DNA of 33,570 nucleotides from Octopus sinensis (GCF_006345805.1 NW_021831983.1:1-33570); one strand, 5' to 3'; counted from the first letter of the stretch, positions 22,899 to 33,169 are shown. Translations and numbers: made by a program. Notes: generated from the sequence alone by a model not told the origin.

Positions 22899-25316
22899 TT
22901 ACTGGTGCACGCTCACATTGGCCATTCTTCCAACATTCACCCACCTTTCAACAAACTTACTACAAGGCATCACTTCCCTCTCCATCCTCAACTTCCTTTT
23001 CAAGTAAAACTTAAAAAAGTTGATGATGGTTGGTCAAAGAGGAAAGTGTCTGTCTTTAGCCCTTTCCAACGAGTCCACCATACTACCTCTTTCGCTACAG
23101 CCACCAGACTAATGAAAACTGCCTACCCCTCCCAGACAAAGGAAGGTAGCGGGGAAAATCTTCACTATGGATTCAGCTCAAAGTCGGATCTGTCCCACAC
23201 GCAACAGCAGGTTTTCGACATAAACCCACAGGTCAGCAATACTGGAACACTGGACGAGGACGTGTAAAACGGTTTCGTCGCTCTACGTCTGTCCAGCGCT
23301 TGACAATGCTGTTGGACAGCATGGACTTGCCTCTCCAGGGGCCGCGTTGCAAGTCCACTGACATTTCTGCGTTAATTTTCGTTCCCGTCAACGCTTCATA
23401 TTCTTTTAGTATGTCGCTAATCAGGTCTATATGCCTGTGGATCGACACTATAACGGTGACATCGTCAGCGTAAGCAGACACACTTCTCCCACATCCTAGA
23501 TCACGTGGGACACTCCTCAAGCCTCCAGCTTCCACAGTAATGGCTCAAGAGTTAGTACATAGAGAAGGGATGAGAGAGGGCACTCTTGACGGACCGAACG
23601 CAAAATACTGAATGGCTTTCATCTGACCAACCGAGTAAGTGCCGCTGTACAAAGCAGAAAACTGGACCGAAACTGGCTGCCCTAAGGACAGCTGTCAAGT
23701 ATTGATGGTTGACCCTACCAAAGGCTTTAGATTGATATAAATTGATCAGAGCCCCTACCATGCCATCTTCGTTACCCACCCTCCCTATGATGTAGCGCAT
23801 AAGGTGGAGGTTGTCGCGAATAGTCCTCGTTGGGATGGCGCTTGTTTGTGCCTCGTCAACCGGCTTGTCCATGACAAGCACCAACCTCTTGGCTAACACC
23901 TTGGCCAAAATCTTCAACTCTGCATTGAGCAGAGTGACGGGCCTGAAATTTCTATAATGTACCCCCAGTACGGGTCCTTTCTCAGCAATGTCACCGCTCC
24001 ACGACAGACAAAAGCGGGAATTCTCCCATTCTGCTGACAGTTTCTGTAGACGTCTGCTAAGGGGCCCGCAAACAAGTCTGGCATCGAAATATAAAGCTCG
24101 TAGGGCAGACTATCCAGACCCGGCAATCTGCCTCTCGTGCAGCTCTTCATCGCTTCCTGTATCTCCGCAGCTGTTATACGCATTTCGCAGCACTCCGCCT
24201 CGATCGTCCAGGTACACACCGAAGTCTGCCCTGTTATCCGTCCAACCATTCGTCTTAGTGAACGTGCCTTAGCTCTAACAACGCAACCTTCGTGTTTGGC
24301 GTCGAAAAATTGGTCGAGGGCTAACCTCGCTGTCAATACGTCGGTTGCGATGCTTGTCCTAAGCAACTCATCTAGCTTTCTAACTAAATCACCCGCTGTT
24401 CTATTTCGTTCTATCGCTAATGCCTTGCCAAACCTAATTGATTTTACTCTAATTGCCCTTGTAAGAGCAACCGCCAGTCGTTGTTGAGAATTGCGTCCGT
24501 CAACGCTCTCTTAACTAATTCGTTAATCCGGTCTCTGTAAGCTTCACACGCCGGTAACGACGTGTTCAGCTTCCAGTAACCGGGACCCTGTCTATGAAGC
24601 CTATCTAAGTTGACCGTACAGATCACAAATTTGTGATATGTGTAGCCGACTATGTGAAATTGTGGACACCATATACTATCCTTGTCCGCTGGCCTATAGG
24701 ATACCCTATCCAAATACGATCTAGATGACACGATGCGGTTTGTCCAAGTCCATACTGGCATGTTCGCGTAATATAGTCGGTACCTGTCAGACAATTGAAA
24801 ACTTCTGAGCAGGTCTTTGAGGCTTTTACAGCCAACTCTCCTATCAGATACTCCCACGCAATCGAAACGTCTATCTAGGACAGCGTTGCAATCCCCTACT
24901 AACACTAAAGTCCGAGACGTTCCCAGGAAAACCTCCAGACGCTTGAAGTAATCAGATCACCCTGCCCCTGTCGGAGCATTCGCAGCACCAGAGTGAAAGC
25001 ACTGCCGTCACTGCTTTTCACATCTAGGACCACCAACTTACCATCTGGATCCAGGAAAAACCGCCTATATTTTCAAATCCAGACCTTTCCGGAAAAGCCC
25101 CAGAGTACCACCGCCGCCCCCTCCCGGCCGACACGGAGATAGAAAAATCTCGTATCCACCGATAAGGGTGATGAGATCCCATGGGTCCGATAGTCTGGAT
25201 TTACTGGTGGCTGCTACATCTACACTAAAGCACCTCAGGTCATTTAAAAGGTGACCTTGTTTCCAAGGCGACCCGAGGTCCCTGACATTTATACAACATA
25301 TTCTGAGCATCCCCAT
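22899..25316 (-). pseudogene. ORF2 (APE endonuclease-reverse transcriptase) of the minus-strand LINE, disrupted
   Basis: APE: INVRDL..SKSRL, LVGDCNAVLD, YLDRV, GYWKLNTS. RT: LPGLDSLPYELY, RPVTLLNAELKILAKVLAKRL, SKAFGRV, SAYADD (23461-23472). C-terminus: DETVLHVLVQC (23247-23280), AKEVVWWTRWKG, stop at 22899-22901. Confidence 0.88.
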
Positions 25317-25345
25317 GTTAAAATAAATTTAGGACGAGAAGAGCT

Positions 25346-27067
25346 CTACTTACCACTGTTGTCTGGTATGGTGGTACACTTGCTCTTTCGTGTGGGTGTT
25401 TCTATGGGGCTTTTATATATTCTTTTTGAGAAAGTCTTTTGGAGCGACCCAACAGCTTCCGGGAATACTGTTTTTATTGTGTTGTAATTTTGTTGTGTCA
25501 TTTTAAAAATTTGTATGTGTGGTGGTGGTGAGTTGTGTGTTGGGAAGACAAAGTCTGTCATTGTGGTGTTTGTATTGTCTCTTAAGTATGTGATTAGGTC
25601 TATATTTTCTGTATTTATGTCTGTGAGGTTTGTAGTACTTGTAGAATCTGTTTGTGGTGGTGTTGGTGTTTGAGGTGGTAGGGCTGGTGGAAGTGATATT
25701 GTTGTTGTTGATTGGTGTGTGCATGTGTTGCTGCTGTTGGAAAGTTCTTGTTTGCGCCTCCCCCTTTTTCTTCCACTGTCTTTTTCTTTCTTTTTTGGTG
25801 GGGTGGGACTGTCTGCCACTCCCCCCTCTCGACCTCAGTACTTAAACAGTCCGAGTTGTTTTGGTTGGAAAGGGGGGTTTTCTATGGGTTCCTCTGTTGT
25901 TGCTGCTACTGCTGTAGTAGCTGTTGGTGGTGGTGTTACAGCTACCGGTACTCCGGCTGATGGTGGTGGTACTCCGGCTGGTGTCTTTGTTGTTGTTGTT
26001 GGTGTTGTGGTGCCCTTGTGACGGCTGGAGGCTGCGTCGCTGTTGTTGCTGCTGGGAGTGATGGTGTTGGCGTATGGGTTGGTTTCTGCTACTGCTGTAC
26101 TGGAGGTGCCCCCGGTTCAGGTGTCGGTAGCAGCGTCTTACGTACCGCCTTGTATTTGAGACAGTCGACCTTGAGGTGCTGATCGTTTCCACAATAATAG
26201 CACCTCGGCCTCCTGCTCTCCACAGTCACGTGTAGTCTGATGCCGTCAGGTAAGTTTATTGAGTCAGGGATTGAATTTAATGCCTCTTGTTCAATTTGAA
26301 CAAGGAATTCCAACCCCTGATCCGAGCAATCCTTCTGGTGCAGTTTATGCACCTCTAATATTGTGACACTGTCCTCTATCTTTAAGAGGACAGCCGCCAC
26401 CGGCCAGCTTATCCGTATTTCCGGAGGCACCTCTACAATTTTCACTTTAGTTACGCGCCGACCCAGGTATGACGGCACGAGCAGTAGTTCATCTGTTTTT
26501 AGGGGTACTTTCTTGCTTCTCACTCCGTTGCAAAACGCACTTCCACCATACCAAAGCGCCCACCACGTGTCGCGTAAGTCTTCGGGCTCCATATTGGCTT
26601 CATTGCCAATTTCAGCTGTTATTGAGCAGCTCGTTCCACTCTATTTTTGAATTTACGTTTAGACATTTATTTATTACAGTTCGTATATTTGTGTCTCTAA
26701 TTAAGCCTTGAAGAGTGTTTAAAAGGATAGCGTTTCCTTCCCTCCTTGACAGCTCCTTCGCGTTTTTTTTTTATGCCTTCTAATGTGAGTTTCATGTGCT
26801 CCTTTGTTTGTCCAGCGGCCGGTGCGAAACCGCGCTTGTCTGGTTTGCTTGATGAATCGTGGTTTTGTTTTCTTTCTGTTCCTCGTCCATGTCGTCGTTG
26901 TTCATGTCTGTATTTTTCTTGTTGCTGTCTGTAGTTGTGTCGTGACTGTTTGGAATATTTCTGCTTTGTACGTTTGTACTGGAACAGGTGCTTTCAGTGG
27001 AGGGAAATCTTCGCAGTAACGGCTGCTACAACCGCCACTGACACCCGTCGCGACAAACGAATCCATC
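25346..27067 (-). pseudogene. ORF1 (CCHC zinc-knuckle protein) of the minus-strand LINE, disrupted
   Basis: PSYLGRRVTKVKIVEVPPEI...IPDSI...CYYCGNDQHLKVDC (C-x2-C-x4-H-x4-C), followed by a Pro/Thr/Gln-rich tail. Frameshifted. Confidence 0.8.
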
Positions 27068-27112
27068 TTGCTTTTCGTTAGACTAAAAACAAACAAAAAA
27101 ATACTTTATAAC

Positions 27113-27323
27113 TCTCTCTTTTACTCTTTTACTTGTTTCAATCATGTGACTGCGGTCATGCTGGGGCACCAACTTTAGTCGAGCAAATCGACCCCAGGAC
27201 TTATTCTTTGTAAGCCTAGTACTTTTTCTATCGGTCTCTTTTTCCGAACCGCTAAGTTACGGGGACGTAAACACACCAGCATCGGTTGTCAAGCGATGTT
27301 GGCGGGGACAAACACAGACACAT

Positions 27324-27372
<49 letters not shown>

Positions 27373-27543
27373 CATATATACGACGGGTTTCATTCAGTTT
27401 CTGTCTACCGAATCCACTCACAAGGCTTTTGTCGGCCCGAGGCTATAGTAGAAGACACTTGACCAAGGTGCCACGCAGTGGGACTGAAGCCAGAACCATG
27501 TGGTTGGAAAGCAAGCTACGTACCACACCGCCACTCCTACGCC
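27113..27543 (-). mobile_element. SINE family B, copy B5
   Basis: Reverse complement of B3/B4; more diverged. Confidence 0.9.
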
Positions 27544-27607
27544 AGGAACAAAAGAACCCATTTTAACAAAAGAACACCAATAGGGATTCAGAAAATAAAA
27601 ACAGTCA

Positions 27608-28186
27608 ATTGTTGAAAAGGAGCAGTAGAGTCGATCGTGTCAAACATCATCAACATTTATATTGCTAATACTGATTTTAGTTGTACCAAATTATAATTGT
27701 AATTAAGCAAAAAAATCAACTGAGGCTGGTTTCGAACCAGTGGTGGGCGCTTCGGTATGGTGGAAGTGCGTTTTGCAACGGAGTGAGAAGCAAGAAAGTA
27801 CCCCTAAAAACAGATGAACTACAGCTCGCGCCGTCATACCTGGGTCGGCGCGTAACTAAAGTTAACAACATTCAATAAACCGCAACAAAAATTCCAAAAG
27901 TAAAAGGAATATATGGAATCCCAGATGTAGTCGTACGTGAGTGCTGCATTGTATGATAATATGGATGGAAGCCAGAGTTCGGTGGATGTGGTTAAGAATA
28001 TAAACCGTCTCATTAAATGTATAACCATATTTAAATATATCTTTCTGGGTTTCAGGTTCGAAACCAGCCTCAGTTGACTTTTTTTTTTTTTGCTAATGTA
28101 TAATTTGGTACAACTAAAATCAGTATTAGCAATACAAATGTGAATGATGTTTGACACGATCGACTCTGCTGCTCCTTTTCAACAAT
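27608..28186. other. ~131-bp inverted repeats enclosing a 123-nt inverted copy of neighbouring LINE ORF1
   Basis: 27608-27738 pairs with 28055-28186. 27740-27862 is the reverse complement of 26444-26566 with 3 mismatches. Confidence 0.9.
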
Positions 28187-28203
28187 CGGTTGAATTTTGT
28201 AAT

Positions 28204-28595
28204 TAGAGAGAGGAAGCACTCCGTCGGTTACGACGATGAGGGTTCTGGTTGATCCGAATCAACGGAACAGCCTGCTCGTGAAATTAACTTGTAAGTGGCT
28301 GAGCACTCCACAGACACGTGTACCCTTAACGTAGTTCTCGGCGATATTCAGCGTGACACAGAGAGTGACAAGGCCGGCCCCTTGAAATGCAGGTACAACA
28401 GAAACAAGAAGTAAGAGTGGGAGAAAGTTGTGGTGAAAGAGTACAGCAGGGATCACCGCCATCCCCTGCCGGAGCCTCATGGAGCTTTAGGTGTTTTCGC
28501 TCAATAAACACTCACAACTCCCGGTCTGGAAATCGAAACCACGATCCTATGACCGCGAGTCCGCTGCCCTAACCACTGGGCCATTGCGCCTCCAA
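28204..28595 (-). mobile_element. SINE family C, copy C2
   Basis: Homologous to C1. TSD TGAATTTTGTAAT at 28191-28203 and 28596-28608. Confidence 0.92.
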
Positions 28596-28625
28596 TGAAT
28601 TTTGTAATATTCGGTAATACAGCAG

Positions 28626-29073
28626 GGCGGCGAACTGGCAGAAACGTTAGCACGCCGGGCGAAATGCTTAGTGGTATTTCGTTTGCCGTTACTTTCTGAG
28701 TTCAAATTCCGCCGAGGTCGACTTTGCCCTTCATCCTTTCGGGGTCGATAAATTAAGTACCAGATACGCACTGGGGTCGATATAATCGACTTAATCCTTT
28801 TGTCTGTCCTTGTTTGTCTTCTCTGTGTTTAGCCCCTTGTGGCAGTAAAGAAATAAGAAGCGTTAGCACGCCGGGCGAAATGCTTAGCGGTATTTCGTCT
28901 GCCGTTACGTTCTGAGTTCAAATTCCGCCGAGGTCGACTTTGCCTTTCTTCCTTTCGGGGGTCGATTAAATAAGTACTACTGACGCACCAGAGTCGATGT
29001 AATCGACTTAATCCCTTTGTCTGTCCTTGCTTGTTCCCTCTATGTTGAGCCCCATGTGGGCAATAAAGAAATA
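28626..29073 (+). mobile_element. SINE family A tandem dimer (A1+A1)
   Basis: The second unit starts at AGAAGCGTTAGC (28856). The degenerate flanking repeat ATATTCGGTAATACAGCA / ATATTCAGCGATACAGTA matches at 14/18. Confidence 0.9.
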
Positions 29074-29717
29074 TATATTCAGCGATACAGTAACATGCGT
29101 TTGTGGAAAAGGACATAGAGAAATAAATAACATTGTGGTAAGTGGAATAATTGGTACGATTTTGATTTCCGTTTTTGTTTAATTTCAATAAAATTTTAGC
29201 ACTTATTTCGTTCCGGAACGCAACCGCTAGAAAATGCAGTAACATAGCTCCTAAACCACAATCACCTTCTGAAATTAAAGCAATATATCGTGGACAACGT
29301 AGTACCGGATAAGCAAGAAACAAATTAGTAATAGATGAAACATCTTCGGTCATAGTTCTGGTTGATCGAAATTAAACTTGGATTGTACTAACGTTAGGAA
29401 TTACCAGTGCTTTACGAACTGTGCGTTTAAGATTTATTCTCTTATTTATTTTTCTACCTAAATTTTGTTTACTGTTTCAGGAATAAAAAATAAAGCCATA
29501 CTGGAGCCATCGACTATTGAAATCGAATATAACGATTGCAGTATTCTGTCTTGAAGTTCTGTCCCCATTCGAGCTAAATAGCGAAATACAAAGTCGACAT
29601 TACAGCAAGGGGAATTAACCTGTTGTGCATGTCTGCTGTGGGGTGTTTGCTATTGTAGTTTGCATGTTCTCTACTCGAGAGCACGATAAAGGACGATATT
29701 TTAGTAGCTCGGATACT

Positions 29718-29794
29718 TACATGCGTACACACACACACACGCGCGCACACACGCGCGCACACACGCGCGCACACACGCGCGCACACACGCGCAC
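29718..29794. repeat. Alternating purine-pyrimidine tract containing (ACACACGCGCGC)x4-5
   Basis: 12-bp units start at 29735, 29747, 29759, 29771, with a partial unit at 29783. Confidence 0.9.
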
Positions 29795-29850
29795 TCAAAC
29801 ATAAACACCCACCCACACAGACACACACACGTGCATACCCTTATATATAT

Positions 29851-29964
29851 GCAATCGCCTGGAATCAGCCGAGTCGAGCGGTCCCTACTGATGAGGCTAT
29901 GATATCAGCGGAAATTGATCGAATCATATTGGGAATTCTCGTCTGTTGATTCTGGGCGATTACA
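29851..29964 (+). ncRNA. Type I hammerhead ribozyme-like motif within a long hairpin
   Basis: TCCCTA CTGATGA(29888-29894) GGCT-ATGATATC-AGCG GAAA(29911-29914) TTGAT-CGA-ATCA TA TTGGGA, enclosed by a 17-bp stem (29853-29869 / 29945-29961) with three G.U pairs. Confidence 0.65.
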
Positions 29965-30209
29965 GTCCCCGTCAGTACACACACACACACACACACACTC
30001 AGCACATTATATATATACATTTATCTGTTTTAACAACCACATTAGAGAGTTTTAGCTCTTATTTCAAGCAATGTAGGTGTTTTAGCACCCTAGTCATATT
30101 TAGTTACAATTATATATATATATGAACAAATTGCAGCATAGGAAGGTGTTTATAAGCCATTTAAGAAACACACAAAAACCGTAAGATTCACTTCAACATT
30201 TAAATTTAA

Positions 30210-30260
30210 TTTGTCAGAATATTTTCGTCTCTTTCAGACCGCGACCTCTTCACTGACAAA
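30210..30260 (-). ncRNA. Minimal hammerhead-like motif, left-arm copy (G3/G8, C17)
   Basis: Minus strand: TTTGTCA GTGAAGA G GTCGC-GGTCTGAAA-GAGAC GAA AATATT C TGACAAA. Confidence 0.5.
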
Positions 30261-30493
30261 ACTTCGTGCTGCATCTGAGAAAGTAACAGTTAGTTCATGA
30301 TATATATGTACGTATGTATGTGTGTGTGTATGTATGTGTGTATGTGTGTGGTGTGTTTGTATGTATGTATGTATGTATGTATGTATGTATGTTGTATGTA
30401 TGTATGTATGTATGTATGTATGTGCGTATGTATGTATGTATGTGCGTATGTATGTATGTGCGTATGTATGTATGTGAGTATATATGTATGTGC

Positions 30494-30527
<34 letters not shown>

Positions 30528-30787
30528 ATGTACGTACGTATGTGAGTACTTACGTATATATGTGAGTATTTAGAAGAGTGTGTAGACGCCTCTGTGTGTG
30601 TGTACATGTGTATGTACATGTGAACGTATGTTTATGTACTGATATGTGTGAGTTCAAGTTGTATACAAGACTGTTACCTTGTTGAAGGTTGTATATTATA
30701 TACACACATATACATTTATATAGACACACATATACTCTTATCCATCTCTACATACATATATACATATATACACACGCACATGCATAT

Positions 30788-30869
<82 letters not shown>

Positions 30870-30981
30870 CATATATACAATACATACATATATATGACAC
30901 TCTTTTCAAGGATAACGGTTAAAATTCAGACTGCTTAATTTTATTCTATTTATTCTTATTTCTTCTTTTCTTTTTTACATG

Positions 30982-31070
<89 letters not shown>

Positions 31071-31881
31071 CACCCATACTGATATGTGCATGCATGTACA
31101 TACTTATACATAACATACACAACACAAACAAATACACATATATACATCCAGACATACGTACATACGTATCAAACAATGTATGTAGAGATGGATAAGCGTA
31201 TATAGTGTATACTTTAAGATTATACGTATATTTGTGAGTATGTGTAAGTGTATATATGATTGTGTGTACTTGTATATATGTATAAGGTTATATGTGTATA
31301 TATGTATCTAAGACGTTGTATCCATTCACCGTTAGACGGTGGTGAGAGAGAGAAACGCACACATACACACACATATATATGTATGTGTGTCTATATAAAT
31401 GTATATGCGTGTATATATACAACCTGCAACAAAGTAACAATCATGTATACAACTTGAACTGACACATATCAGTACATAAACATACATTCACATGTACATA
31501 CACATGTACACACACACAGACACGTCTACACACTCTCCTAAATACTCACATACATATGTAAGTACATACATTCATACATACATGCGTATATACATGCACA
31601 CATGCTTGCGCACATACATGTACACAGTTACATACATACGCAAATACATACATACGCACATACATACATACATACATACATACATACATACATACATACA
31701 TACATACATACAACACACATACATACATACATACATACATACATACATACATACATACATACATACATACATACATACAAACACACATACATAAATACAT
31801 ACATACATACATACATACATACACACATACATACATATATATGATGAACTAACTGTTACTTTCTCAGATGCAGCACGAAGT

Positions 31882-31932
31882 TTTGTCAGTGAACAGGTCG
31901 CGGTCTGAAAGCGACGAAAATATTTTGACAAA
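31882..31932 (+). ncRNA. Minimal hammerhead-like motif with G3-C8 core swap, right-arm copy
   Basis: TTTGTCA GTGAACA G GTCGC-GGTCTGAAA-GCGAC GAA AATATT T TGACAAA: perfect 7-bp stem I, perfect 5-bp stem II, palindromic stem III AATATT. Confidence 0.6.
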
Positions 31933-32110
31933 TTAAATTTAAATGTTGAAGTGAACGGCTTTTGTGTGGTTCTTAAATGGCTTATAAACACCTTCCACGC
32001 TGCAATCGTATTCGTTCCAGCACACGATCTCAGATCAGGTTACTTGCTATGCAAGTACATCTCCGTATATAGTTGAAAAGTATTGTAAAAATACATTGCA
32101 GAGGATATAT

Positions 32111-32446
32111 TCTTTTCTACTGTAGGCACAAGGCCCCGAAATTTTGGGGGAGGGGGCCAATCAATTAGATTCACCCCAGTACGCAACTCGTGCTTAATTT
32201 ATCGACCCCGAAAGGATGAAAGGCAAAGTCGAACTCGGCGGAATTTGAACTCAGAACATAAAGAGAGACGAAATACCGCTAATCATTTTCGCCCGGCGTG
32301 CTAACGTTTCTTATTTCTTTATTGCCTACAAGGGGCGAAACTTAGAGGAGACAAACAAGGACAAAGGGATTAAGTCGATTACACCGACACCAGTGCGTAA
32401 CTGGTACTTATTTAATCGATTCCGAAAGGATGATAGGCTCGCCGCC
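32111..32446 (-). mobile_element. SINE family A dimer (internally deleted A1 unit plus A2 unit)
   Basis: Head GGCGGCGAGC is fused to CTATCATCCTTTCGG. Junction AAAGAAATA-AGAAACGTTAGC near 32311. Degenerate 16-bp TSD at 32095-32110 and 32449-32464 (13/16, all transitions). Confidence 0.85.
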
Positions 32447-32610
32447 TTATTACGGAGAATATATGAACAATTAAAATTAATTATCAATGGCCAAACATGT
32501 TATCATAAAATATATAGAAGAAACCCTCTTAGTTATAATTGTGACTTGATTATAATCATAAACCTTCTTCTTCAATGTATTTTATGATAACATGTTTAGC
32601 CATTGATATT

Positions 32611-32962
32611 TATTTTATTTTATTTTATCTAGTTTCAGCTCACGAGCTGTGGCCATGCTGGGGCACCGCCATTTGGTGTTGCTACATGATTTTACTTCAC
32701 GAATGCTTTTTAGCAATTGCCATTTGGTGCATGAGAGAGTTCGATGCAGCTGCCCTCATCTGCACCTCCTGCCGTGAAGTTGGTTCATCTGGGATACCTG
32801 ACAAGAAGAGATCCAGTTTTATTTTAAAGACATCTGCATCCACCCCATGCAAGTCTCTTAGGTTCTTCGGGAGGATATTGAAGAGCTGTGGGCCTCGGAA
32901 GCCCAGGCTATCACAGTATCTTGTCCTACATCTTGATGGCAAATTTGGAGTCCTTGGCACCA
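32611..32962 (-). mobile_element. 5'-truncated CR1-like LINE 3' end
   Basis: SLGFRGPQLFNILPKNLRDL..FKIKLDLFLSGIPDEP..NSL (RT C-terminal motif of CR1/L2-type LINEs), stop near 32697, short tail, then (ATAAA)n. Confidence 0.8.
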
Positions 32963-33169
32963 ATAATTATCAATTGTTTATAATATATATCCTCCGTAAT
33001 TTATTTTTGCTTTACTTGTTCATTTTTTAATTTTCCCAACTCATTTCCAGTGATTTTGCGGTGGCTCGAATTTACCGGTTATACATAGAGGTTGCCACAT
33101 TTCTCTTGCCGGTCAGGCTATATGCTAGCCTCAAGATAAAGTCCTGTTTTGATTTCTATGTACAGGATT

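Larger units (their letters stand above)
22690..27085 (-). mobile_element. Decayed L1/Tx1-type LINE retaining both ends but internally deleted
   Basis: Short 5' leader before ATG near 27067, ORF1 with CCHC knuckle, ORF2 with APE-RT-C-terminal knuckle, and a 3' UTR ending CCCTGTGGCAAATAA plus (AAT)n. Many stops and frameshifts. Confidence 0.88.
30130..32006. repeat. ~1.9 kb fold-back: inverted arms 30130-30757 and 31174-32006
   Basis: The outer ~175 nt differ by 7 substitutions and 2 indels. Inverted homology continues through (TATG)n/(CATA)n and unique sequence. The right arm has an extra ~180 nt (31205-31383). Confidence 0.92.
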
